64,000 nt of DNA from positions 38,378-102,377 of the IMG/VR virus record IMGVR_UViG_3300027708_001885; one strand, 5' to 3'. The notes below the pieces were generated by a model. The model made no database searches. It was not told where the DNA came from and worked only from the letters and a program-made list of their open reading frames with translations. Position numbers and translations under genes: made by a program. Each line of letters starts with the position of its first letter. Within the stretch, counting starts at the first letter, position 1. The DNA comes from a virus. Positions 32,910 to 43,524 of the stretch are shown piece by piece.

Positions 32910-33611
32910 TCACATTACTACTTCGATAGTATTAAATGACCAACCAAATCCTAGACTTTGAAAGTATCGTCCGTCATCACCTGGATCTATTCCCATCCTG
33001 GCATATTCATGTGGGCTAGTTACAGTTTTAGTATGCTTTACTGGATAGATATCAATAACTGCTACTCGTCCACCGAACTTGGTTGTACTAGATGTACTTT
33101 GTAAAATATCAGACCAATAGCCCTCTAGACCGTATCCGACACCTGCAGGCATAAGCCCAAAGTGTGCAGAACATTCTGGCCAAGCTGCTCGACTAAAAAT
33201 AGGACCCATAATTTCTACAGTGTTTGTATAATGTAGTTTTGCTCCGGGAATTAAGAATGTAGGAGGATGTGTACGAGAACTATCTGCTGTTAATGCAGGC
33301 TGTGCTAGGTCTAGGTTGTATTCTTTACAAAGATTAAATGTTGCTTCGATTGCTTCCAGAGTTGTTAAACAATCGTCATCTAACACCCACACATACTCGT
33401 ATTGAGTGATGTCATGCTTGTCCCTAAATGCAGAAACAATTTTCCATTTCTGTCCGGGAATGTTTTCAACATAAGCAGCGTTTTCTGTGTTGGCTAGATT
33501 TGCACCACTCCAATTGACGATTGCTAGATCAAAATTGCAGTTAGAATAATCTCCCCAAGATTGGAATAGTGCGTTAGCACCTGCTGGAATAATTAAAAGA
33601 TTTGGTTTCAT
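32910..33611 (-). CDS. DUF707-like putative glycosyltransferase
   Basis: YEYVWVLDDD, LDLAQPAL, TNTVEIMGPIFSR. Confidence 0.7.
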   Translation of the reverse strand: MKPNLLIIPAGANALFQSWGDYSNCNFDLAIVNWSGANLANTENAAYVENIPGQKWKIVSAFRDKHDITQYEYVWVLDDDCLTTLEAIEATFNLCKEYNLDLAQPALTADSSRTHPPTFLIPGAKLHYTNTVEIMGPIFSRAAWPECSAHFGLMPAGVGYGLEGYWSDILQSTSSTTKFGGRVAVIDIYPVKHTKTVTSPHEYARMGIDPGDDGRYFQSLGFGWSFNTIEVVM

Positions 33612-34213
33612 GGTTTGCGATAGCTGGCCTTAAATCCAGAATCGATAATAAAATCCCAATCTTCTGCTAGCATACGTTCGTGAACAATCTTGTGATTGTA
33701 CCAACTGGTATCGTCGAATACAAAGTGTGTGCCAGGAACTGAACGTGGTAAGAAGAAATCCATTTCGGCCATTACTTGTGCATCGCCGTGTGGTCCGTCA
33801 AAATATACAAGTGCATATTGTGTTTCTATTACTTTTGCTCTATTATAAAAAGGAACACCATCTGCAAATCGTTTGAAAAATTCTGTATCTTCTAAACAGA
33901 ATACCTGCAGGTTAACTGGTTTGGTTTTAATAAAGTTAAAAATATTTGGTATAGCTTCATTACGCATTTCATTGCTGTAGCCTTTACCAGTTTCTACTTG
34001 ATCATTCAAGTGTATATAATCAATGTTTCCCCATGGGTCAACACAGATAACATTTCTTCCGTGATCTCCGGATGCTTCGAGTGCATTAACAATAACACCC
34101 AGGCTTCCTCCTTTTCTTGTTCCAATTTCGCATACTGCTCCTGGAACACCTTTGATGGCCGTAGCCGCGTCTGCTAACACGTGGTAGTGGTCGCCTTCAG
34201 TTTCTAAGTACAT
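33608..34213 (-). CDS. SAM-dependent O-methyltransferase (TylF/Methyltransf_24-like)
   Basis: CEIGTRKGGS, YFDGPH, VFDD. Confidence 0.78.
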   Translation of the reverse strand: MYLETEGDHYHVLADAATAIKGVPGAVCEIGTRKGGSLGVIVNALEASGDHGRNVICVDPWGNIDYIHLNDQVETGKGYSNEMRNEAIPNIFNFIKTKPVNLQVFCLEDTEFFKRFADGVPFYNRAKVIETQYALVYFDGPHGDAQVMAEMDFFLPRSVPGTHFVFDDTSWYNHKIVHERMLAEDWDFIIDSGFKASYRKP

Positions 34214-34236
34214 AATAACCCTTTATATTAAAATAT

Positions 34237-35124
34237 TTATGTTGGTACAAATACCTGCATTTTTTCTGACACTGACTGCACACCATCAGGCAGAATATAA
34301 TCTTTCCATCTTTCTCTATCTTCAACAATACATTTTGGAAAGTAGTCGTCTAATTTTACTGCTTCTCCTTTGTGAAAATCCAATTGCGGAGCACTTCTGC
34401 CTTGAGCAATCAATTCGTCAACATTAACTTTATTTGCCAGTCCTCGATAATCGTTATGCCCTGTTGTTAATAACTTGTTGGTTGCAAAGTCAGTACCACC
34501 TTGATAGGTAAAATGCCACCCAGAATGTTGTACTTTCATGTTAACTCCATCATCGAAGTATATAGGATGGTTGCCCCAAATCATACCATGCGTTCTAATA
34601 TTACTAAATGATGGATAAGTCTTGGCCCTACCCCATGTAGCAGCAGAAGGATTGACTTGATATACCAACGGATCAACCTGCATATAATTAAATTTGTAAT
34701 AAAAGTAAGGCATATTAAAACCCCACAATGTATGTTGTGTATCTACACGTAGTTTATCAACAACTGTGCCTCTAACAATTTCATCCATATCACATATCAA
34801 TATGATATCGTTGTCGTTGGCATTGCCCAATCCTCTAGTTAGAACGTTTCGCTGATGCCCTTCATTATACATACATGCCATTGGGCTCATATCATTTTCT
34901 GGTACCCCCGGCATGTCTTCTACTTTTATATGAATAATTTTATCTAAGAACGGTTTAAACCTTTCTTGATTATCTAAGAATATATATTCTTTAGATTGTC
35001 CAGAGAATGTTGTGTTTGCTTCGGTCATGACAATGTGATCTACATGATCATATAATTCTTTCAATCGAACTTCTAACACATCAAGTTCGTTGTAGAACAT
35101 AAAGCAATCGTAAATTTTTCTCAT
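34237..35124 (-). CDS. glycosyltransferase family 17
   Basis: IYDCFMFYNELDVLEVRL.EL, E..QRN, DMDEI, GWHFTY. Confidence 0.85.
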   Translation of the reverse strand: MRKIYDCFMFYNELDVLEVRLKELYDHVDHIVMTEANTTFSGQSKEYIFLDNQERFKPFLDKIIHIKVEDMPGVPENDMSPMACMYNEGHQRNVLTRGLGNANDNDIILICDMDEIVRGTVVDKLRVDTQHTLWGFNMPYFYYKFNYMQVDPLVYQVNPSAATWGRAKTYPSFSNIRTHGMIWGNHPIYFDDGVNMKVQHSGWHFTYQGGTDFATNKLLTTGHNDYRGLANKVNVDELIAQGRSAPQLDFHKGEAVKLDDYFPKCIVEDRERWKDYILPDGVQSVSEKMQVFVPT

Positions 35125-35909
35125 AATAAAATTTTTCGTTCGTTGTTGTTAAAGCCAGGTTCGTAGAACATAACAAAGTTCTCCATCCGGCACTCCCGCA
35201 AGGCAGCAAATACTTTTTCATATGCCGCAGTTTGCCCGGCAGATGCATATGCACCTATGTCAGTTGGTCTATCTTTTACATATCGATAGACACATTTAGG
35301 ATTAGACCGGATGTGAAACTTAGGAACTACTCTACGACTCCATTCCATTTCTTCACCTTGACCCCATAGCAGATTTTCATTCATTGGCTCTTCTAAAAAT
35401 CTTTCTCGCTTAATGCAGAAATAGTTTCCAGAAATGCCCATATACTGTATTAGGTCAATCATATCCCACGGCACCTTAATGCCTCTAGGTAATAGTGGAT
35501 GACGATCTACAATCCATCCATCTCCTCTTTGTCCATTGAAGTAGATATTTTGATGTACGCAAATATCCCAATGTGTTCCAAACTTTTGAAACTCTTCCCA
35601 CCAGTCTGGATCAAATGCTAGATAGTCATGTATAACAACACAGATATCATATTTGGCATTTTGTACAGCTACATTCTTTTTACGAGTAATCCACTTTCCC
35701 GGAAGGCCTGCAACAATGATATGTGCCTTTTCTGATTCATCAAATGGAACCCATCGAATTCTATCCGATGTTTCTATAGTTGTTTTGTCCCCACCTACAA
35801 AAACTACTTCATAATTAGGGATGTTCAATGCTACAATACTTGCAATTGATTTTTTAATGTTAGTATCGTCGTCTCCGCTAGTAATAATACAAAAAGAAAT
35901 TCCATTCAT
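35121..35909 (-). CDS. GT2-like glycosyltransferase
   Basis: ISFCIIT, WITRKKN, HDY, WGQGEE. Confidence 0.65.
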   Translation of the reverse strand: MNGISFCIITSGDDDTNIKKSIASIVALNIPNYEVVFVGGDKTTIETSDRIRWVPFDESEKAHIIVAGLPGKWITRKKNVAVQNAKYDICVVIHDYLAFDPDWWEEFQKFGTHWDICVHQNIYFNGQRGDGWIVDRHPLLPRGIKVPWDMIDLIQYMGISGNYFCIKRERFLEEPMNENLLWGQGEEMEWSRRVVPKFHIRSNPKCVYRYVKDRPTDIGAYASAGQTAAYEKVFAALRECRMENFVMFYEPGFNNNERKILL

Positions 35910-35913
35910 ACAA

Positions 35914-36852
35914 TCACCAAACAAAGTTATTTTTGTAATACTCAACAATTCTAGCAAGCTCTGTATCGAAGTCTGCTTCTGCCTTCCAACCCAATGCTCT
36001 TAGTTTACTATCATCAATAGAATATCGAACGTCCTGTCCTTTGCGACCCCAACTAAAATCTACATAATTTTCATAGTCATCAGAACCAGAAACTAACTTG
36101 ATAATTTTCTTAGCGATATTGATATTGCTATCTTCGCTATTTCCGCTGATGTTAAAGATTTCTCCAGTAACACCGCTTTCAACAATGTGAATGATTGCTC
36201 GAGCAGTATCACTGACATGCAACCATGTACGTCTAGGAGTTCCGTTTTCGTGTAAGGGTATCTTTCGATCGATGCTTAGATACTTAACTGCTTTAGGAAT
36301 TAGTTTTTCAACATATTGTCCGATACCGTAGTTGTTAGTAGGTCGAACAATGACCCAGGGGATATTGTGTGTACGTGCCCACGCACTAATCAGCATGTCT
36401 GCCGCAGCTTTGGTAGCACTGTATGGATTGCTAGGTTTTAATATATCTGTTTCAGTATGACTACCTTCTACAATATCTCCATAGACTTCGTCAGTTGAGA
36501 AGTGTAGGAATGTTGGAACCTTAAACTTGTTCTTTTGTAAGTTCTGCAACAGGGTGTGAACACCGTTGATATTGCTATCTAAGAATACTTCGCTTCCTAC
36601 GATGCTGTTATCAACATGACTTTCGGCTGCTGTATTGATAACATAGTCGCAATCTAATAGATATGTAATGTCTCTGATATCGCTCTTAATATATTTAAAT
36701 CTAGGGTTAGCTTGAAACTCTGGTAAGAACTGCAAATTGGCAGCATAAGTTTCTTTGTCAACACCAATAACACGCCAGCCTTTTGCTAGACACTGTCTTG
36801 TAACTTCGGATCCAATAAATCCTAAACATCCTGTTACGTAAACAACTTTCAT
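35914..36852 (-). CDS. rfbB: dTDP-glucose 4,6-dehydratase
   Basis: TGCLGFIG, AAESHVD, STDEVYG, PYSATKAA. Confidence 0.9.
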   Translation of the reverse strand: MKVVYVTGCLGFIGSEVTRQCLAKGWRVIGVDKETYAANLQFLPEFQANPRFKYIKSDIRDITYLLDCDYVINTAAESHVDNSIVGSEVFLDSNINGVHTLLQNLQKNKFKVPTFLHFSTDEVYGDIVEGSHTETDILKPSNPYSATKAAADMLISAWARTHNIPWVIVRPTNNYGIGQYVEKLIPKAVKYLSIDRKIPLHENGTPRRTWLHVSDTARAIIHIVESGVTGEIFNISGNSEDSNINIAKKIIKLVSGSDDYENYVDFSWGRKGQDVRYSIDDSKLRALGWKAEADFDTELARIVEYYKNNFVW

Positions 36853-37649
36853 TTATAATTCCTTAAACCTTGTTCTAATCCTATCAGATTAAAATTATAA
36901 CTGTCGAGTGCAACACTATTGCCAGTTAAATTATTACCTGTTGGATTTGTAATTTTAATTTTTGACACAGACAATCCTAAATGATTACATAAAACTTTTG
37001 CCATGTCGCTTAGTCGATATTTATGGGGGTATACCATGTTGACATCAGAATGTTGGCTACGGCCTTCCACCATGCGATCAAGCATTGGGAAGATGTCCGG
37101 CAGGTATATGTAATCTAGATAGATGTCGTTATTAATAACTACTTCATCCTGTAGTTTAACTCTTTGAAAAAATCTATTAGACTTTTCAGTTTCGTGGAAC
37201 ACACCAAACAATTTTAAACTAAAAAAGTTAGGTGTATCTCGTATGATCCTAGCTACTAAGTTTTTAGCGTACCCATAACTTGTTTTAGGAAGATGCTGAA
37301 CAAAATCATATTCCAAAACATTATTATTGTCCTGTGTTAGATCAAATTCGTAAGCTGTTCCTAAATTAACAAATCTAGAGTAATGATGTTTTTGCAACCA
37401 AAGATTTCGGAACATCAACAATCCGTCTGACAAATATATAGGATCTGTACTAGACAACACTTCTCGACCACTGAGCGCACAATGAACAACTACATCAACT
37501 TTGTTATTTTTAAACCAAGTTTCGACTTGTTCCAAATTTAACAAATCTAACTCCTCCCTTGTTGGAGTTAAGACTGTGTGTTTTTTTGTTAGGTGTTTGC
37601 TGATAAAACTACCAACAAATCCTCTAGCTCCTGTAACCAGTATCTTCAT
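36849..37649 (-). CDS. NAD-dependent epimerase/reductase
   Basis: TGARGFVG and YGYAK. Confidence 0.82.
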   Translation of the reverse strand: MKILVTGARGFVGSFISKHLTKKHTVLTPTREELDLLNLEQVETWFKNNKVDVVVHCALSGREVLSSTDPIYLSDGLLMFRNLWLQKHHYSRFVNLGTAYEFDLTQDNNNVLEYDFVQHLPKTSYGYAKNLVARIIRDTPNFFSLKLFGVFHETEKSNRFFQRVKLQDEVVINNDIYLDYIYLPDIFPMLDRMVEGRSQHSDVNMVYPHKYRLSDMAKVLCNHLGLSVSKIKITNPTGNNLTGNSVALDSYNFNLIGLEQGLRNYK

Positions 37650-38518
37650 TTGTAAATTTCATCTAAATTTAAAGCGGGTACATAGTTTTTAATGCTAACA
37701 GTTGCATCAGAAATTATGTAATCCTTCCAACGTTCTGGATTCTTCCTAAGTGTTTCTGGAAAGTATTCATCAATTTGAATATATTCGAATCGCTCTGGGC
37801 TATTAGGATCAATGCCGCCTTTGCGGTTCATAATTTCATTAACATCGATCTTACTTGCCCAATGTTGGGATTCGGTATGTGCAAAGTTAAGAAGTTTAGT
37901 AGCAGCATGTGCAGTATCACCGAAGTAGGTAAAATGCCAGCCTGAATGTTGTATTGTCATAACATCTTCTGTGTTATAGTCATCTGATTGATGATATGCC
38001 CAGGTAAACATATTATGCCGAAGAAGTTGGAATGTGTTTAAATCTTTCTTCAAGATAGCCATTGGATTAACATGATACGATCTAGGCTGTGTCATAAGGT
38101 AGTTGGCCTTAAAATAAAACATAGGATGTCTGCAAATCCATTTACGATGTATTGTATCGTTTCGTAAAATGCTTAATGTCCTAGGACGAAGTATCTCATC
38201 ACAGTCAGTTAAAGCAACAACATCGTTGTCATCGGCATTGGTCAGGCCTCTAGCAAGTGCATTCCTTTGCCAGTATTCTCTTTCCCAGGCACTTGGACCA
38301 TCCGGCATGTCCTCTACTTTAATATATATAATCTTATCGTGGAATGCTTTATATCTATCCCAATTATCTTCTAAGTTAAATCTCTTAGGATTTCCAGCAA
38401 ATGTTACGTTAGCTTCTGCAATAACAAAGTAATCTACATAATCATAACATTCGGTTAATCTTAGTTCTAACAAATCTAATTCGTTGAAGAACGTAAAACA
38501 ATCATATACTTTTCTCAT
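37646..38518 (-). CDS. glycosyltransferase family 17, paralog
   Basis: VYDCFTFFNELDLLELRL, DCDEI, GWHFTY. Confidence 0.85.
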   Translation of the reverse strand: MRKVYDCFTFFNELDLLELRLTECYDYVDYFVIAEANVTFAGNPKRFNLEDNWDRYKAFHDKIIYIKVEDMPDGPSAWEREYWQRNALARGLTNADDNDVVALTDCDEILRPRTLSILRNDTIHRKWICRHPMFYFKANYLMTQPRSYHVNPMAILKKDLNTFQLLRHNMFTWAYHQSDDYNTEDVMTIQHSGWHFTYFGDTAHAATKLLNFAHTESQHWASKIDVNEIMNRKGGIDPNSPERFEYIQIDEYFPETLRKNPERWKDYIISDATVSIKNYVPALNLDEIYK

Positions 38519-39177
38519 TTAACCACCTTAGGCATATAGTAAGGAATCTGTCTTCCTAGTCGTGTTTCTAAACTTGAACCAGGCCAGTGTACAACAGTAT
38601 CGCCTGGCTCCCACCACGCACGTTCACCTAGTTTATCTAGACCAAATCCTGGTTGCCATTGATTAGGCCAGCAGTCGTGTGCATTGAACTTGTATTGCGG
38701 TTCAACTTTGATGATAGGCTTCCATTCGGGCATTTCATAACTATCAATCATTGCCTGCTGCTCATAGAAGTGATGATTTTCATACTTTGGCCACATTGCT
38801 GTTAACCAGTTTAAGTATGCGTTACCTTCGGGACTATTTCGCAAAAAGAAACTACCAGCGTTCATTCCATTGCCATCAGTTCCGATAATAAAATGGTAAT
38901 TGTTGTCGATAAGGTCTTCAATCTTTGTATTGTAGTTAGTGATTAGAGTATCTGACTCTAACCACCATAACCATTCTACATTAGGATGTGCATCGATGTA
39001 TTCGCGGAATAGGCGCAGTTTTTCTCCGCCTACTTGATGCTTGGGCAATCTGAAGTCATCAGTTTTGCAATATGCATCATACCCATGACGTTGGGCATAT
39101 TCTAATTTGTTTTGTGTCCAGGTATAATCAGCTAGCGGCTGATAGTCTGGAGTATGCATTGATATAACGGCGTACAT
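38515..39177 (-). CDS. glycosyltransferase family 34-like
   Basis: NKLEYAQRHGY, WLESDTLITN, NAGSFFLRNS, EQQAM. Confidence 0.8.
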   Translation of the reverse strand: MYAVISMHTPDYQPLADYTWTQNKLEYAQRHGYDAYCKTDDFRLPKHQVGGEKLRLFREYIDAHPNVEWLWWLESDTLITNYNTKIEDLIDNNYHFIIGTDGNGMNAGSFFLRNSPEGNAYLNWLTAMWPKYENHHFYEQQAMIDSYEMPEWKPIIKVEPQYKFNAHDCWPNQWQPGFGLDKLGERAWWEPGDTVVHWPGSSLETRLGRQIPYYMPKVVK

Positions 39178-39660
39178 TTAAATCTTTCTTGTTAAGTTTA
39201 AGTAAGCAGGTTCTGGACTATTGATAAAGTCTGGCCAGATATGTTCTAGCTCTTCGATACTTTTTGGTTTGTAAATTTTAATATTGGGCAAGGCTGCTAA
39301 TACTTGCTCATCATCATGCGCCCAATGACTTAATCCATCGTGGCTATAATCTTTATCTCGGCCACTGCCAATTAGTTTAACTGGTACACATTCTGCATTG
39401 ACATAGTTTCGCAAAAATTCAAACGGGCGATATAATACAAACGAGCTCATACTATAGCATACAGGAATCTTACCTGACTCTGCAAGTCCAATACCTGCAC
39501 CAATCATAAGTTGCTCTGCTGCTCCTACATTATGAAAACGTTCCGGAAACGAATTTTGTATTTGATCCAACAACCCAAAACCTAAGTCAGCAGTTAGTAC
39601 AATAATGTCTTGGTTCTCTACCATCTCTGCCAATAGCAGATTCATACATTCTTTTCTCAT
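39178..39660 (-). CDS. transketolase-like, pyrimidine-binding subunit
   Basis: ADLG, NVGAAEQLM, G.SH. Confidence 0.85.
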   Translation of the reverse strand: MRKECMNLLLAEMVENQDIIVLTADLGFGLLDQIQNSFPERFHNVGAAEQLMIGAGIGLAESGKIPVCYSMSSFVLYRPFEFLRNYVNAECVPVKLIGSGRDKDYSHDGLSHWAHDDEQVLAALPNIKIYKPKSIEELEHIWPDFINSPEPAYLNLTRKI

Positions 39661-40262
39661 GGTGTATAGTCCCTGCCCTTCATGACATAGTAGTGTGTTA
39701 ACAATCCTTTAGCAAAGCTAAATTCAGTAGGATCAGAAATTCTCAAATTAACCCTAGGTAAGAATGATTGTAATCTAGTTGATAGATACTCAACATCTAA
39801 GTACTCGTAAGCACTCATTCCGTTGATATTGGCATAGACATATAAGTTGTCTAGTTTAGCAGTATGTATAAAGCGTAGGCTTTCCCAAATACTACCCTCT
39901 GCACATTCACCATCACTAATCATACAGTAAACATTCTTTGTTCTATCTGCTAGGGCGTGTCCGACAGCAATAGGTAGACCACTACCTAAACTACCTGTGC
40001 TACAGTATAGTTTGTTTTCTAGATCTTTGCCGGGATGAATGCCGTGTTTATGTAATAGCATCACAGGATCAATGCCGTACTTTTCTTCAAGTACTACATA
40101 TAGTGCAAGACCAGCGTGTCCATTACTTAGAATAAACACCTCATCTTCTTTTTTCTTTGCGTATATTTCTTCTACAATAGGCAGTGCAGAAAGGCATGAG
40201 CTTAGATGGCTCAGCCTTTCTTGATAGCTAATATCAAGAATACGTTTGACTAATTTATTCAT
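39657..40262 (-). CDS. transketolase-like, ThDP-binding subunit
   Basis: SHLSS, LSNGH, STGSLG, SDGECAEG. Confidence 0.85.
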   Translation of the reverse strand: MNKLVKRILDISYQERLSHLSSCLSALPIVEEIYAKKKEDEVFILSNGHAGLALYVVLEEKYGIDPVMLLHKHGIHPGKDLENKLYCSTGSLGSGLPIAVGHALADRTKNVYCMISDGECAEGSIWESLRFIHTAKLDNLYVYANINGMSAYEYLDVEYLSTRLQSFLPRVNLRISDPTEFSFAKGLLTHYYVMKGRDYTP

Positions 40263-40974
40263 CTTTGTAAATGTACAATGAATCTTCTCTTAAGATTTGA
40301 GCAATGTATCCTTGTCTTTCAAAGATATCAATTAACTGTCCTCTGTTATGGCGTAGGCTATCAATACCTTTTAATTCTTCTGTATCAGTTGCATGAACTT
40401 CAACAAACCATGCATCTACAATGTCCTTAACTGCACTGATAGTTTCATCAGTTAGTGCCACCATTTCACTGCCTTCAATATCACACTTGACAAAATCTAT
40501 ATGTTCTAAATCAAGTTCTTTGATCAAACTTGCCAGTGTACGTGCTTGAACTTCTACTTTAATACCATATTTGTTAACGCTACTATTCATTGTAGAATTT
40601 TCTTCACTGATGTAAAAATCAATAGTAGTATCTTCATTGTGTGCCGCAACATTAACGGGATGAATATTGGGATAATCTTTAGTAAGGTCTTTTAAGATGT
40701 GAAAGTGCCCAGGTGTAGGCTCAATTGGATAAATTGCCTTTGCTCTATCTTGAGCATACAAACTAAACAACCCAATATTGCCACCTATATCTAAAATGGT
40801 AAGCTCGTCTTCGCCTTCGAAGATAGCATCATAGAATCTATCTGTGTTAATTTGATTTAATACAATATCGGCAAAGTTTGCCTGATTGTTAAAATGGCCT
40901 TCGGCTTGTGCATCTTCACTTACGATGTCGATAACTGTGTTCTTGCTTGTTAGCAATTGTCTTTGTAATGTCAT
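40255..40974 (-). CDS. FkbM family methyltransferase
   Basis: LDIGGNIG and KCDIEGSE. Confidence 0.85.
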   Translation of the reverse strand: MTLQRQLLTSKNTVIDIVSEDAQAEGHFNNQANFADIVLNQINTDRFYDAIFEGEDELTILDIGGNIGLFSLYAQDRAKAIYPIEPTPGHFHILKDLTKDYPNIHPVNVAAHNEDTTIDFYISEENSTMNSSVNKYGIKVEVQARTLASLIKELDLEHIDFVKCDIEGSEMVALTDETISAVKDIVDAWFVEVHATDTEELKGIDSLRHNRGQLIDIFERQGYIAQILREDSLYIYKDE

Positions 40975-40975
40975 A

Positions 40976-41803
40976 TCATTCCTGTTTATAATCTGCGGTC
41001 TTTAAGAAATCCTCTATACCTTGTTCTAAGGTATAAGTTGTTCCAAAACCATATTGTTCTTTAGCGTAGGTTGTATTACACAACCATACTTCACTTTCAA
41101 ATTCTTTAGCCATTGAAGGAACAACTTCAACTGGGCCCTTCTTTCCGGAAACTTTTTCAAATAATTCCAACACTTCTTGATTGCTATATTGTATACCTGA
41201 ACCAAGATTTACGATATCACCTAACGGTTTATCCTTGGCATTTACAATATAATCAATTCCCCTAATGAAATCATCTATGTATATAAAATCGTGATATCCG
41301 TGAAATAACTTCATTGGTTGATTAATTTGAAATGCTCTCCAGAGTCTTGGAAAGAGTCTATGAGATTTTTCGTATCTTCCATATACACTATACGCTCTTG
41401 CCACGGTGATGTCAAGTTTATATTGTCTAGCATAACCCTGACATAACAACGTACCGGCACCCTTAGTGGCCTGATACATATCAACTGGATTGATTCTATC
41501 TGTTTCGGCGGCCGCTCTTGGCACAGGTCCATACTCAGAACTAGATCCGATGTGTATCAATTTTGTTGTAGGATGAGACTTTACATATTCGAGAATAGTG
41601 TAAAGTAGATGTACGTTTGATTTCCACATGTCCTCTGGATTGTATATTTCAGCAGCACAATGAATAATCAAATCTGGGTTGGCAAATAGCAAGTCGCTAC
41701 GCATGTCAGCATCACGCTCGTACTCTACAATGTCATGATCTTTGTAATATTCTACTAGATTGCGACCAATAAAACCCTGTGTTCCAGTTAAAAATATTTT
41801 CAT
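40976..41803 (-). CDS. NAD-dependent epimerase/reductase
   Basis: TGTQGFIG, GSSSEYG, YQATK. Confidence 0.85.
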   Translation of the reverse strand: MKIFLTGTQGFIGRNLVEYYKDHDIVEYERDADMRSDLLFANPDLIIHCAAEIYNPEDMWKSNVHLLYTILEYVKSHPTTKLIHIGSSSEYGPVPRAAAETDRINPVDMYQATKGAGTLLCQGYARQYKLDITVARAYSVYGRYEKSHRLFPRLWRAFQINQPMKLFHGYHDFIYIDDFIRGIDYIVNAKDKPLGDIVNLGSGIQYSNQEVLELFEKVSGKKGPVEVVPSMAKEFESEVWLCNTTYAKEQYGFGTTYTLEQGIEDFLKTADYKQE

Positions 41804-41831
41804 AGTATAGTATTTAATAGGGCTTTAATTG

Positions 41832-42806
41832 TCAATACAAATTATCATAGTAGAGGTCCAAACACTGTGTAATAGCAACTTCTACTTCTTTGTCAGTATT
41901 GCAATGCAGGTTAATTGCGCCCACTAATTTTTTGTAATCATCTGTGGTAAAATTATAATGTCCCGCAACTGCAACCTTGACCGTGTCATCACCGTCGATT
42001 ATCCACTTCTTCCATTTACCACTAGCTATAACTTTATTTTTAAAATTATTGCTATCTATTTGGTAAAGGTCTGCCAATTCCAAAATCTTCTTGGTCTGAA
42101 TTACGCCCAACTGAGGTGCAATATTACAAGCATGAACTCCTGCAGATTTTCTCAATTGTATTTGTTCAGCAGTTAGGTAATCGGCATTGTGTTCTTTGAG
42201 TTTAACTACTGCATTGTTTGCATACCCTACAAGTTGCTTGACCATAGGAACATCAAAACTACCTACTTGACGGTCTTCCATAGTTAAACTACCAGTTTGT
42301 GCTACAACGAATTCCATGTTAGGGAACTGGCTGGCAAATTTTACATCATCTTTATATTTGTTAATGCCGGCAGCTACACCTACATTTTCTTCAGTTCCAA
42401 ACTCAAACTTAATATCAGGGTTAAGTTTAAGACAAAAATTAAACAATTCATCTGCAACGTGATATGAATCTTCACAACGGCTAGTATCTATGTGTATAAG
42501 ATCAAATCCATTTTCTATGTCGCCGGCAATTGTCTTTTTAGTTGCTTCGACTGCTTGAGACAAACTTAAACTCTTTTCAGCATCTAAGAAATATGGACCG
42601 CAGTGATCTCTACATAACATAAGATATTCACTTCGCAAAGGATTAATTTGCCGACCTAACTCTGTTGTTGTCATTACATAGCCACTATTAGAATCAATTT
42701 GATTGCGGCTAGCAATGAACATTAAAGGTCGCTGTTTATCTCTAGCATATCTAGCTTGTATATCATTAATTAATGGGCTCATTGGCCCTACGCCTAATTT
42801 AAACAA
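41832..42806 (-). CDS. GatZ/KbaZ-like (class II aldolase TIM-barrel) protein
   Basis: ASRNQID, DHCGP, HIDTS, EFGTE, KEHNADY. Confidence 0.7.
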   Translation of the reverse strand: MFKLGVGPMSPLINDIQARYARDKQRPLMFIASRNQIDSNSGYVMTTTELGRQINPLRSEYLMLCRDHCGPYFLDAEKSLSLSQAVEATKKTIAGDIENGFDLIHIDTSRCEDSYHVADELFNFCLKLNPDIKFEFGTEENVGVAAGINKYKDDVKFASQFPNMEFVVAQTGSLTMEDRQVGSFDVPMVKQLVGYANNAVVKLKEHNADYLTAEQIQLRKSAGVHACNIAPQLGVIQTKKILELADLYQIDSNNFKNKVIASGKWKKWIIDGDDTVKVAVAGHYNFTTDDYKKLVGAINLHCNTDKEVEVAITQCLDLYYDNLY

Positions 42807-43524
42807 AAACTTTTTCCTTAACTTGTTTGATCATATCTGTACTAGGATACATTCCTGTATACAGATTAAATTGATACATAAATTGTGCAGCATAGATATC
42901 AGCACCTGTAATTACATTTAACCCTTTTTGTTGAGCTATGTTAATTAATTTGGTATTGCCTATTACACAATCAACTACTAGATCAGCCTGTATATCATCA
43001 ACTGGACTTTCATCTGTGCCCAAACCTATACTAGTCGTGTTAATTAAAACATCACAAGGTGTGTTGCGTTGGTCCCAATTAGCCCTACTGACCTGTAAGA
43101 CATTATCTGTTAATGCTAATACATTATCAGCCATTGCACCATTGCCTAACAACACAATCTTCTTGCCTTTGATGTGATCCTGTATCACTTTAATTAGTCC
43201 AAGGTAATCGCAATTAAATCCTGTTAATATTTTGTCTTTGTTTAATACGGTATTGACAGAATTAGTGGGAGATCTAATCCAGTCAATATAATTACCAACC
43301 TCACGTTTGTAAGGCATTGTAATGCTGGCACCTGCACAGTGTTCACGCACTAATTCCATATCTCCAGCTAGGTCAATGCAGGTACACGCTACATATTCAG
43401 CATTGACATTATAATAGTTGAAGAATTCTGTATAAAATTTAGTACCAGTTGTACCCGGCTTTGCTGCCAAACTTACGTAGAGATTTTCTTTTGTTCTATT
43501 ATCAATTGCCTCTTGGACATTCAT
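42799..43524 (-). CDS. shikimate dehydrogenase-like protein
   Basis: SITMPYK, SVNTV, FNCD, LINTTSIG. Confidence 0.75.
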   Translation of the reverse strand: MNVQEAIDNRTKENLYVSLAAKPGTTGTKFYTEFFNYYNVNAEYVACTCIDLAGDMELVREHCAGASITMPYKREVGNYIDWIRSPTNSVNTVLNKDKILTGFNCDYLGLIKVIQDHIKGKKIVLLGNGAMADNVLALTDNVLQVSRANWDQRNTPCDVLINTTSIGLGTDESPVDDIQADLVVDCVIGNTKLINIAQQKGLNVITGADIYAAQFMYQFNLYTGMYPSTDMIKQVKEKVFV